Under the pieces are notes generated by a model. That model ran no database searches. It was not told the DNA's origin and saw only the letters and a program-made list of their open reading frames with translations. Made by a program: the position numbers and the translations under genes. This document shows positions 15,321 to 22,984 of a DNA stretch of 24,000 bases, piece by piece (the stretch's first letter is position 1; every line of letters starts with the position of its first letter). Location: positions 2,515,850-2,539,849 of the forward strand of contig CP050848.1 of assembly GCA_014873095.1 (NCBI GenBank), written 5' to 3'. The DNA is from Planctomycetales bacterium ZRK34. Lineage in GTDB: Bacteria > Planctomycetota > Phycisphaerae > Phycisphaerales > Zrk34.

Positions 15321-16382
15321 ATGTACGACACCAAAGCCTATTCCGCTGCCAGCAAGACCTCCCCGCTCGCCTCAGCCACGATTCCGCGGCGCGAGCCGAC
15401 CGAGCGTGATGTGCAGATCGAAATTCTCTTCTGCGGAATCTGCCACTCAGACCTTCACTCCGTGCGCGACGAGTGGCACGATGTCATGCCGACGGTTTAC
15501 CCCATCGTGCCCGGTCACGAGATCGTCGGCCGCGTCACGAAGGTCGGCTCGGCGGTGAGCAAATTCAAACCCGGCGATCTGGCGGCGGTCGGCTGCATGG
15601 TCGATTCGGATCACACCTGTCCCCAGTGCCAGGCCGATCACGAGCAGTTCTGCCCGCACATGGCGCTGACGTACAACTCCCCGGATCGACACGGCACGGC
15701 GCCGGTCACCTACGGCGGTTATTCCGACTCGGTCGTCGTCGATGAACGCTTCGTGCTGCGCGTGCCGGAGCATCTGGATCTGGCCGGGACAGCCCCGCTG
15801 CTGTGCGCCGGCATCACGACGTATTCGCCGATGCGCCGCCGGCAAGTCGGCCCTGGCAAGAAGGTCGGCGTCGTCGGCCTCGGTGGGCTCGGCCATATGG
15901 GCGTCAAGTTCGCCCATGCCTTCGGAGCCCACACCGTCGTGCTCACCACCTCGCCCGGCAAGGCGGAAGACGCCCGCCGCCTCGGTGCTGACGAGGTTGT
16001 CGTCTCCCGCAACGCTGACGAGATGAAAAAACACGCCGGCAGCTTCGACTTCATACTCGACACCGTCTCGGCGAATCACGACATCAACGCCTACCTGAAC
16101 CTGCTGGCTGTCGACGGCAACCTCACGCTGGTGGGCGCGCCGACCGAGCCGCTGAACGTCGCCGCCTTCTCGGTGATCATGGGCTGCCGCAGCCTGTCCG
16201 GCTCGATGATCGGCGGCATCGCCGAAACCCAGGAAATGCTCGACTTCTGCGGCGAACACAACATCACCGCCGACGTTGAAGTCATTCCGATTCAGAAAGT
16301 CAACGAAGCCTACGAGCGCCTGCTCAAGTCCGATGTGAAGTACCGTTTCTGCATCGACATGGCCTCGCTGAAATCCGAGTAA
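15321..16382 (+). CDS. zinc-dependent NAD(P)-alcohol/aldehyde dehydrogenase (cinnamyl-alcohol dehydrogenase / YahK-like family)
   Basis: The ATG at 15321 lies 7 nt after AGGAG. Catalytic zinc motifs GICHSDLH and PGHEIVG. Structural zinc [12 protein letters not shown]. Rossmann fold [13 protein letters not shown]. Confidence 0.9.
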   Translation: MYDTKAYSAASKTSPLASATIPRREPTERDVQIEILFCGICHSDLHSVRDEWHDVMPTVYPIVPGHEIVGRVTKVGSAVSKFKPGDLAAVGCMVDSDHTCPQCQADHEQFCPHMALTYNSPDRHGTAPVTYGGYSDSVVVDERFVLRVPEHLDLAGTAPLLCAGITTYSPMRRRQVGPGKKVGVVGLGGLGHMGVKFAHAFGAHTVVLTTSPGKAEDARRLGADEVVVSRNADEMKKHAGSFDFILDTVSANHDINAYLNLLAVDGNLTLVGAPTEPLNVAAFSVIMGCRSLSGSMIGGIAETQEMLDFCGEHNITADVEVIPIQKVNEAYERLLKSDVKYRFCIDMASLKSE

Positions 16383-16467
16383 CACCGCCATCATCACCTG
16401 GAACGCAAACGTGTTGATGAGCAGAACGGAAAGTTCCACGGTGCAGTTTCAATCGGAGCAGCACAGG

Positions 16468-16998
16468 ATGTCTCGACATCACAATGCAAACGGAGTCGTC
16501 CGCCGCGATTGTTTGAAGGTCGCAGCAGCCTCTGCGGCTGCCTGGTTGGCGAGCGCCTTCGCTCCGGCTCGGCTTCTTCTGGCACAACGAAAGGAAAACA
16601 ACATGGATATCAAACGAGTTGGTTCAACCCCCTCGATGAACGGCCCGGACGATTGGTTCACCGGTTCGGTGCGTGTCGAGATGCTGATCGATGTGAAGGA
16701 TCCCTCGCGGGTTTCCGCCGCCAGCGTCACGTTCGAGCCGGGCGCTCGAACCGCCTGGCACACGCACCCGGTCGGTCAGCACCTGATCATCACGTCCGGC
16801 TTCGGATGGGTGCAACAGGAAGGCGGCCCCATCGAAGAGGTTCGGCCCGGCGATGTGGTGTGGTTCCCGCCCGACGTCAAGCACTGGCACGGCGCTTCGC
16901 CCACCAATGCCATGACGCACCTGGCGATCCAGGAATCACACAACGGCAGCCCCGTTGAGTGGCTCGAACACGTCACGGATGAGCAGTACAAAAAATGA
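16468..16998 (+). CDS. cupin-domain protein (small Mn-cupin / bacterial hydroxynitrile-lyase-like family) with Tat-type leader
   Basis: Cupin core [52 protein letters not shown]-terminal [22 protein letters not shown] resembles a twin-arginine signal. An alternative internal start ATG 16603 follows AAGGAAAA. Confidence 0.7.
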   Translation: MSRHHNANGVVRRDCLKVAAASAAAWLASAFAPARLLLAQRKENNMDIKRVGSTPSMNGPDDWFTGSVRVEMLIDVKDPSRVSAASVTFEPGARTAWHTHPVGQHLIITSGFGWVQQEGGPIEEVRPGDVVWFPPDVKHWHGASPTNAMTHLAIQESHNGSPVEWLEHVTDEQYKK

Positions 16999-17050
16999 GC
17001 CTCGTCGGCGAAGCGCTCACCCCGCGGCGCGACAAAGTTCGGATTCGACC

Positions 17051-18076
17051 TCAGCGGCGCTTCATGGCGGCGCCGGCGAGCAGGGCGAGTCCACCGGCGG
17101 CGGCCGAAGGCGTCGGGATGCCGGTCGACGGCGGGGGGACATCGGGAGTGTCGCCGAGCCCGTAGACTTCACCGTTGAAACCGGTGATGGTGTTGACCGC
17201 GAGGCCGCCCCAGATGTTGCCCGTGCCGGAAGCGAGTGTGGCGTTGGGCGCGAGGATCGTGCCGAGCCAGGCATTGCCGGTGAGGTTGATCTCGGTGGCT
17301 TCGTGGAAGTTCCAGATCAGCTTCGAGGCGAAAGTGGTATTGTTCTCCTGCACGAAGGCGGCAAGGCTGGACGCAACATCCGAGTCGAACTTGAACGCGC
17401 CGGACTGGTTGATGGTCGAGCCGGAGACGTTGATGACCAGGTAGTCGGCATCGGTCGAGGCGGCGTTGGAAAGCAGCAGGCCGTTCTTGGAAAACAGGTC
17501 CGTCGAGGAGATGTTCAGCACGGCAACGCCGCCGAGTGTCGACTCGATCGTGAAGTGGTTGACCTGATGGTTGGGTGCGAATGAACCCTGGAATGTGGCG
17601 GTCGACGACATGCCGGCGTAATCCGCCGAGAGCGCAGCCAGGTCGGCGAGCTGCTGGGTGAGTTCAGCGCTGGTGAACGGATCGGACGCGGAGATCGGTG
17701 CGATCTTCGGATCGGTGGCGCCGTTCATGTTGAAGTGCAGCGTGCCGGCCGCGCCGCCGTAGCGGACACGACCGCGGTCGACGTTGACGTAATTGCCGGG
17801 AGCGCTGAGCGAGCCGAGCACGACCAGGGCGTAATCGTCGGGCGACGAAAACGTGCCGGACTGGGCCCCGAACACGGCACTGTTGTTGGCGGTCAGCGAA
17901 CCGCCGATCAGGGTGCGGCCGTGAATGCGCGGCGAGGTGTTGAGTGTGACCGATCCGCGTGTGATGACGCTGTAGGTATTCAACAGCGTGGCGGCATCGG
18001 CCGACATCGAACAGACCGCGACAACCGCCGCTGCCAGCGCAGCGCGCAACGATAAACACTGACTCATTCGAAACAT
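17051..18076 (-). CDS. PEP-CTERM-type anchored protein, choice-of-anchor-A-like domain
   Basis: The ATG at 18076 lies 7 nt after AGGAG. Signal peptide (ALAAAVVAVCSMSADA). LLNTYSVITRGSVTLNTSPRIHGRTLIGGSLT and WNFHEATEINLTGNAWLGTILAPNATL resemble choice-of-anchor A proteins. C-terminus GIPTPSAAAGGLALLAGAAMKRR. Confidence 0.7.
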   Translation of the reverse strand: MFRMSQCLSLRAALAAAVVAVCSMSADAATLLNTYSVITRGSVTLNTSPRIHGRTLIGGSLTANNSAVFGAQSGTFSSPDDYALVVLGSLSAPGNYVNVDRGRVRYGGAAGTLHFNMNGATDPKIAPISASDPFTSAELTQQLADLAALSADYAGMSSTATFQGSFAPNHQVNHFTIESTLGGVAVLNISSTDLFSKNGLLLSNAASTDADYLVINVSGSTINQSGAFKFDSDVASSLAAFVQENNTTFASKLIWNFHEATEINLTGNAWLGTILAPNATLASGTGNIWGGLAVNTITGFNGEVYGLGDTPDVPPPSTGIPTPSAAAGGLALLAGAAMKRR

Positions 18077-18278
18077 CTCATTGCTCCTCGTACCGCAGTA
18101 CGATCTCATAGGTACAGTGCGCAGTCCCACTCCAATGAGGCGCGCACTCGAACGAATCAAAGATTACGATTGAATTTTGAAGTCGGCCACCGGCGTTTTG
18201 TGCAACATTCTCTCAACCGATCCGGTCGGCGGCGCAAAATGTCAAACTGGAGTGTTTGTACGGATTTCGCAGGCGCTA

Positions 18279-18313
18279 CCAAACAACAAGGCGGAGGGAA
18301 AAGTCCCTCCGCC
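18279..18313 (-). terminator. rho-independent terminator of pfk
   Basis: Stem GGCGGAGGG(18290-18298)/CCCTCCGCC(18305-18313) with a 6-nt loop. On the minus strand it is followed by UUGUUGUUUGG. It lies 37 nt after the stop at 18350. Confidence 0.65.
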
Positions 18314-18349
18314 CTGGGTGAGTCGGGTGGTTGATGATCAAGTCGAACG

Positions 18350-19564
18350 TCAGAGCATTTCGACCGTGGGCAGATCGCCGACCAGCGGGCGAGCGTACTT
18401 GACGAACTCATCGGAGATATTGTTGCCGTCGATGATCCACTCGTCGGGCAGGTGGCGGGTCAGGGCGGCGATGTCCTTGAGGTCGGCCACGCCGTATTCC
18501 ACCTTGTAGGGATCGTCGCTGACGCGGTTGATGGTGATCGAACCATCGAAGTTGCCGGCGAGGGCGACTTCCGCGGCCTTGCGACCGGCGGCCCGGGCTT
18601 CGGCCTGGTCGACCTTGCTGACGCAGGGCGCCATGCAACGCTGAACATACCCGAAGGTGTCGGCCCGGACGCGGAGCTTGGCGCCGAGGTTGTTCTTGAT
18701 GTGCTTGGAGAGGAAGTCGCCCATGGCGCCGGAGCCGGAGAGCTGGACGTTGCCGTGGGAGTCCTTTTCGAGGTGGTGGCCCTGCTGCTGGGCGAGCTTG
18801 ACGGCGATCGGGGTGCCATCGGCATCGGAAATGCCTTCGGAGATGGCGATCAGGCAGCGGCCGTGCTTCTTGTAGACCGTTTCGACATCGGTGAGGAACT
18901 TCTGTTCGTCGAAGGCCGCTTCGGGGCAGTAGATCAGGTGGGGGCCGTCTTCGGGATTCTGGCGGCCGAGCACGGCGGCGGCGGTGAGGAACCCGGCATG
19001 GCGGCCCATGACGATGTTCAGCTTGATGCCGGGCAGGGCGCGGTTGTCGAGGTTGTCACCGATGAAAGCGCTGGCCACGAAATTGGCCGCCGAGCCGAAG
19101 CCGGGCGTGTGGTCGTTGCATTGCAGGTCGTTATCGATGGTTTTGGGAATGTGGAAGCAGCGCATCTCGTAACCGGCCGCCTTGGCGGTCTCGTTCACGA
19201 TGCGGCAGGTGTCGGAGGAGTCGTTGCCGCCGATGTAGAAGAAGTAACGTACGTCGTGCTTCTCAAGTGACTTAAAGATGCGCTCGCAATACTCGGCATC
19301 AGGCTTGTCGCGGCTGGAGCCCAGGCCCGAGCTGGGGGTGTTGGCGAAGCGGTCCAGGCGATCCTGCGGGATGTCCTTCAGCGGGATGAAGTCCTCGTCG
19401 ACCATGCCGCGGACGGCGTGGTGGGCGCCGAGGATCTGATTGATCATCGGGGACTCGCGCAGCGCCTCGACGCAGCCGACGACCGACTGATTGATCACGG
19501 CCGTGGGCCCGCCGGACTGTCCAATGACCGCATTACCCTTGATCAGACCCGTACTGTCACTCAT
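18350..19564 (-). CDS. pfkA: 6-phosphofructokinase, PfkA family, probably pyrophosphate-dependent
   Basis: Motifs: GQSGGPTAVINQS, YFFYIGGNDSSDT, IPKTIDNDL, TPGFGSAA, MGRHAGFL. The Lys in PKTIDND and the Asp after GGN are the positions that distinguish PPi- from ATP-dependent enzymes. Confidence 0.85.
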   Translation of the reverse strand: MSDSTGLIKGNAVIGQSGGPTAVINQSVVGCVEALRESPMINQILGAHHAVRGMVDEDFIPLKDIPQDRLDRFANTPSSGLGSSRDKPDAEYCERIFKSLEKHDVRYFFYIGGNDSSDTCRIVNETAKAAGYEMRCFHIPKTIDNDLQCNDHTPGFGSAANFVASAFIGDNLDNRALPGIKLNIVMGRHAGFLTAAAVLGRQNPEDGPHLIYCPEAAFDEQKFLTDVETVYKKHGRCLIAISEGISDADGTPIAVKLAQQQGHHLEKDSHGNVQLSGSGAMGDFLSKHIKNNLGAKLRVRADTFGYVQRCMAPCVSKVDQAEARAAGRKAAEVALAGNFDGSITINRVSDDPYKVEYGVADLKDIAALTRHLPDEWIIDGNNISDEFVKYARPLVGDLPTVEML

Positions 19565-19651
19565 CGTGAATGTCCTTCCTGGTCGAAAAACCCGGTTGTT
19601 GTTTGGCGAGAAACGGACCGATGTCCGTTCGAAGCTCCGGAAGAGACCCGA

Positions 19652-19679
19652 TCATAGCGATCCGCGTCCGGCAGGCAAG
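19652..19679 (-). promoter_or_regulatory. candidate sigma-70-type promoter of pfk
   Basis: Minus strand reads TTGCCT (19679-19674), 16 nt, TATGAT (19657-19652), about 80 nt upstream of the pfk ATG. Confidence 0.4.
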
Positions 19680-19867
19680 ATGAAAAAACTCGGGGCATCT
19701 CCGAGAGTTGACTGCACCAAACAAACAGCAAACATCACGCAACCCGACCAGCGGCGGACGCTTACAGCAAACCGGGTGTCGATGGGAATCCGGGCGATTG
19801 TGGAAAAACAGTTAAGATGATTGTGCACAACAGCTTGTAATATTTACATGCCTTCGCCAACATCGCG

Positions 19868-19897
19868 TTGACACGAATGCCGATACATGACTAGGAT
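19868..19897 (+). promoter_or_regulatory. candidate plus-strand promoter with no downstream ORF
   Basis: TTGACA (19868-19873), 18 nt, TAGGAT (19892-19897). It is bracketed by the inverted repeat ATGCCGAT(19877-19884)/ATCGGCAT(19908-19915). Confidence 0.35.
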
Positions 19898-19903
19898 GTC
19901 GTC

Positions 19904-19985
19904 AGACATCGGCATGAGTTTCGCGACTTCATTGCCGTGGCGCCCCCCGTTGCGATATCGGAGCTCGCAACGGGGGTTATTTTTT
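19904..19985 (+). ncRNA. candidate small RNA of about 80 nt (orphan promoter to orphan terminator), antisense to the region downstream of cstA
   Basis: Bounded by the promoter-like element at 19868..19897 and the strong plus-strand intrinsic terminator at 19944..19985. There is no credible ORF in between, and both flanking genes are on the minus strand. Confidence 0.35.
19944..19985 (+). terminator. strong plus-strand rho-independent terminator lacking an upstream plus-strand gene
   Basis: 12-bp stem CCCCCGTTGCGA(19944-19955)/TCGCAACGGGGG(19965-19976) with a 9-nt loop, followed by TTATTTTTT (19977-19985). The minus-strand version has no U-tract. Confidence 0.7.
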
Positions 19986-20038
19986 GGAACGAATTTCGAA
20001 GTTCACATCACGATGTAAGCGCGTGTGTTCGCTATCGA

Positions 20039-21910
20039 TCAGATGCCTTCAACACCCGTCGGCGCTTCGGGCGCAACAAGCGGCGGCAACGTCTGTTCAA
20101 CCACGCCTTTGACGCGCGGCCAGAGCACGATCGCTTCGATCACCATCCATGCTTCAAGCGCCACCGTCGCCATCGCAATCACGATCGCAATCCAGTTGGG
20201 CTGATCGGACTGCAACCATGATGGAATCTGCGCCATCATCGCCCAGGCCGGCATGATCAACATGAAGATCATCGGTATCGCAATGAACCACACCGGTGTG
20301 CGACGACGCCACAGGTAGAAACTGATCACCAGAAACGCAAGACCTGCAAGCAGTTGATTGGTCGCACCGAACAACGGCCACAAGATCAGACCGCCCGTGC
20401 CGGAAGTCTGCCATGTCAAATCTGCGCCGGGTTTTGGCATTGCCGCGATCACACCGGCCACGATGATCGCGAAGACTGTTGCGCCATGCTTGTTGCTGAG
20501 CCATGCCATGGGGTTGGCCGCGCCGGTTGGACGCTCATCGCCTTTACTGAACGTATTCGCAAGTTCCTGCACGACGTAACGCTGCAAACGGCACGCGGTG
20601 TCCATCGTGGTGCCGGCGAATGATGCGACCAGCACGCCCATCAGTGCAACAGCGGCGGTGGCGCCGATGCCCATCGCTTTGAGGAAGTTCGCAGAGCCGT
20701 CGACGAACGCGCCGACCTTGGCGCCAAGCCCACCGGCCGCCTGCCATGATGAATAGCGCACCATGTATGCATCATGGCCCGTGGCGATAGCGCCGTCCTG
20801 CGCTGCGACGCCGAGGCCCAACCCTGCCACGCACGCGAGAATCACCAGCGTGGCGAGAAAGCCTTCGGTCAACATCGAGCCATAGGCGACGAACTGGGCG
20901 TCGGATTCGCATTTAAGCTGTTTGCTGGAAGTGCCCGAGCTGACCAGGCAGTGAAAACCGCTGCACGCGCCGCAGGCGACGGTGATGAACAGAAACGGAA
21001 TCAACGCCGGCGCGCCGACCGGATCAGCGCGGATAGCCGGGGCGGCGATTTCGAGTGCGGGTCGTGCAGCGCCTTCAACCGGGGGCGCGCCGCCCAGCAT
21101 TGCCGCGGCCAGCAGACCAGCCACGATCAGCACGAGCGCGGAAATCAACTGCAGACTGTTGATGTAATCGCGCGGCTGAAGCAGCGTCCACACCGGCAGC
21201 ACGCTGGCGATGTACGAATAGATCAGCAGAAACATCACCCACGTGATCGTCGACCACTGGGCCAGCGTCGAGTTGAATGCATGCAGCGGACCCCAGTCGC
21301 CGAAGATCACGCTCAGGTACATGATCGCCAGCGCCAGCAGCGAAGGCGCCATCAGGTGCACGCCTTTGCTGTGAAGCCAGACGCCGATGATGATCGCCAG
21401 CGGAATCTGAATCAGGCACGGGAAGATCGACGCGGGGTACTGACGGAAGACCGCCGCGATGACCAGTCCGAAGATGGCGAGAATGATCGTCAGCGCCAGA
21501 AACAACACCAGCAGGAACAGCAGCCGCACGCGCTTGTTCAGCACGCGCCCGGCGATGTCGCCGACGGTCTGCCCGCGGTTGCGCAGACTGACGACCAGCG
21601 AGCCCAGGTCGTGGACCGCGCCGATGATGACCGAGCCGACCAGCACCCAGATCAACGCCGGCAGCCAGCCCCACATGACTGCGATCGCCGGGCCGACGAT
21701 CGGGCCGGTGCCTGCGATGGAGGTGAAGTGGTGGCCGAAGACGACGCTCTTGCTGGTCGGGACGTAGTCGTTGTTGTCGTTCAGCGCGACCGAAGGCACC
21801 ATGGCCTGCGGATCGAGCCGAAAGATCTTGCGGGCCAGCCAGCGGCCGTAGGTGTGGTATGCGATCAGGTAAGCGACACCCGCGCCCAGTGCGATCAGAA
21901 GTGTGGTCAT
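20039..21910 (-). CDS. cstA: carbon starvation protein CstA (peptide/pyruvate transporter family)
   Basis: N-terminus YHTYGRWLARKIFRLD..YVPTSKSVVFGHHFTSIAGTGPIVGPAIAVMWGWLPALIWVLVGSVIIGAVHD is diagnostic of CstA. It is polytopic throughout. Confidence 0.92.
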   Translation of the reverse strand: MTTLLIALGAGVAYLIAYHTYGRWLARKIFRLDPQAMVPSVALNDNNDYVPTSKSVVFGHHFTSIAGTGPIVGPAIAVMWGWLPALIWVLVGSVIIGAVHDLGSLVVSLRNRGQTVGDIAGRVLNKRVRLLFLLVLFLALTIILAIFGLVIAAVFRQYPASIFPCLIQIPLAIIIGVWLHSKGVHLMAPSLLALAIMYLSVIFGDWGPLHAFNSTLAQWSTITWVMFLLIYSYIASVLPVWTLLQPRDYINSLQLISALVLIVAGLLAAAMLGGAPPVEGAARPALEIAAPAIRADPVGAPALIPFLFITVACGACSGFHCLVSSGTSSKQLKCESDAQFVAYGSMLTEGFLATLVILACVAGLGLGVAAQDGAIATGHDAYMVRYSSWQAAGGLGAKVGAFVDGSANFLKAMGIGATAAVALMGVLVASFAGTTMDTACRLQRYVVQELANTFSKGDERPTGAANPMAWLSNKHGATVFAIIVAGVIAAMPKPGADLTWQTSGTGGLILWPLFGATNQLLAGLAFLVISFYLWRRRTPVWFIAIPMIFMLIMPAWAMMAQIPSWLQSDQPNWIAIVIAMATVALEAWMVIEAIVLWPRVKGVVEQTLPPLVAPEAPTGVEGI

Positions 21911-21967
21911 CGACGCCTCGTCAAAAGATTAATTAACCTGTCGCCTTCCATGACGTGCTGATCAAGA

Positions 21968-21997
21968 ACCTTAGCAGAATTCACCATATCAAGACAA
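21968..21997 (-). promoter_or_regulatory. candidate sigma-70-type promoter of cstA
   Basis: Minus strand reads TTGTCT (21997-21992), 18 nt, TAAGGT (21973-21968), about 55 nt upstream of the ATG at 21910. Confidence 0.3.
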
Positions 21998-22018
21998 ATC
22001 ATCACCCATGTCGGCGCA

Positions 22019-22057
22019 TGAAAAAACCCCGGCTCTTACCCTCCAGGAGCCGGGGTT
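22019..22057 (-). terminator. rho-independent terminator of the 22105..22803 gene
   Basis: Stem CCCCGGCTC(22025-22033)/GAGCCGGGG(22045-22053) with an 11-nt loop. On the minus strand it is followed by U6 (complement of A6 at 22019-22024). Confidence 0.75.
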
Positions 22058-22104
22058 ACAGATCATCGTTTCTCGCGATGATCATCTTTCTTGGAGTTTG
22101 TGGA

Positions 22105-22803
22105 TCACGCCGAGCGGCGGCGGCGTCCGAGCATCACGCCCATCGCGGCGACCATCACCACGGCCGTGGCCGGTTCGGGGGTGGCGGTGGCGCCGAAACC
22201 GTCGCCGCCGTTGTATTCGTAGTAGATCAGGCGACCAAGGCCGGAGTTGTAATAACGCGAGTCGAACAGCGCGGTGCTGGCCAGCGAGGGCGTATTCAAC
22301 TCTTCGGTCGTGGGAAACGGAAACGGATTGTCCCACGCGTCTTCGCCGACATAGCCATCGCCGTCGTCACCGTAGTTGACGTTCAAGAAGATGGTGTTGA
22401 TGCCGCTGTTGAGGCGGATTTCGAAGTAGTCCTGGCCGCCGCGGTGGGTTTTGCCGGTGCCGAATACCGCGAAGGTGAGCGACCATCCGGAAAAATCGCT
22501 GTATGAGCCGACCTGTCCGCTGACCAGCGACAACTGCGTGGTGTACACGGCCGTGTCGAGGTTCGAGCTGGTGTTCGTCGCGTCCGGCGTGATCGTGTTC
22601 GAGTCGTAGACGAAGGTGAAGTCGTAGCTCGACCCGGTAGTCATGCCCTGGATGAATTCGCCGTACAACGTTTTGTTGCTGTTGTTGGTTTCAGGATTGC
22701 CGATGATCTGCCCGGTGAAATTCAGATACGTCGGCACTGCCTGGGCAGCACCCGTGACGCTGAACAACGAAAACACCGCAACCCAGAGACTCTTTTTAAA
22801 CAT
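22105..22803 (-). CDS. PEP-CTERM-anchored secreted protein, unassigned N/T/S/Y-rich domain
   Basis: Signal peptide MFKKSLWVAVFSLFSVTGAAQA. C-terminus ATATPEPATAVVMVAAMGVMLGRRRRSA. It has its own promoter-like element and terminator. Confidence 0.8.
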   Translation of the reverse strand: MFKKSLWVAVFSLFSVTGAAQAVPTYLNFTGQIIGNPETNNSNKTLYGEFIQGMTTGSSYDFTFVYDSNTITPDATNTSSNLDTAVYTTQLSLVSGQVGSYSDFSGWSLTFAVFGTGKTHRGGQDYFEIRLNSGINTIFLNVNYGDDGDGYVGEDAWDNPFPFPTTEELNTPSLASTALFDSRYYNSGLGRLIYYEYNGGDGFGATATPEPATAVVMVAAMGVMLGRRRRSA

Positions 22804-22882
22804 CTTTCATACCCTCAGAATGATCAGGTCTACTATCTTTCCCGTCGAGCTGTGAAGCATGGCCCGACCCATCAGATAGGGA

Positions 22883-22910
22883 AGTTTACTAGAAGTCTTA
22901 AGAAATGCAA
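22883..22910 (-). promoter_or_regulatory. candidate sigma-70-type promoter of the 22105..22803 gene
   Basis: Minus strand reads TTGCAT (22910-22905), 16 nt, TAAACT (22888-22883). The -10 hexamer is the same as in the candidate promoter of the 9951..10778 PEP-CTERM gene. Confidence 0.35.
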
Positions 22911-22914
22911 CCAC

Positions 22915-22939
22915 TAACCTCTGATTTTTACAGAGGTTA
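22915..22939 (-). terminator. hairpin downstream of the beta-helix/LamG gene (possible terminator, weak U-tract)
   Basis: 9-bp stem TAACCTCTG(22915-22923)/CAGAGGTTA(22931-22939) with a 7-nt AT loop, 46 nt after the stop at 22985. No clean U-run on the minus strand. Confidence 0.3.
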
Positions 22940-22984
22940 TCTATTTTAACGTGTGCAAATAGTGCGCAATCTGGTCGTGTCAGA

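Noticed and set aside
16398-16425. TGGAACG...CGTG resembling a sigma-54 or ECF -35 element between the ADH and cupin genes
   Set aside because: There is no TTGC at the -12 position and no CGT box at ECF spacing. It is a single half-site match only.
15447-16439. 330-aa minus-strand ORF, and likewise 13222..14073 (283 aa)
   Set aside because: They are antisense to the Zn-ADH and HAD phosphatase genes respectively. Both are shadow frames without motifs.
19689-19705. Short hairpin CTCGG/CCGAG followed by T6 on the minus strand, just upstream of the pfk promoter
   Set aside because: On the minus strand the stem is only 5 bp. It could be a weak terminator insulating pfk from cstA read-through, but the stem is too short to call from sequence.
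20015-20040. TGTAAG-N16-CGAT on the plus strand (and TGTAAG at about 1507, CTTACA at 19760)
   Set aside because: These are isolated hexamer matches without the CGTA box. They lie inside or antisense to coding sequence, as expected by chance.
20774-21961. 395-aa plus-strand ORF
   Set aside because: It is antisense to cstA. The sequence is Arg/Asp/Gln-rich low complexity with no start-site support.
21962-21992. Imperfect palindrome CTGATCAAG-AAC-CTTAGCAG and the TTAATTAA 8-mer (21929-21936) upstream of cstA as a CRP-like site
   Set aside because: The half-sites are of unequal length and do not match TGTGA-N6-TCACA. Nothing supports it beyond AT-richness.
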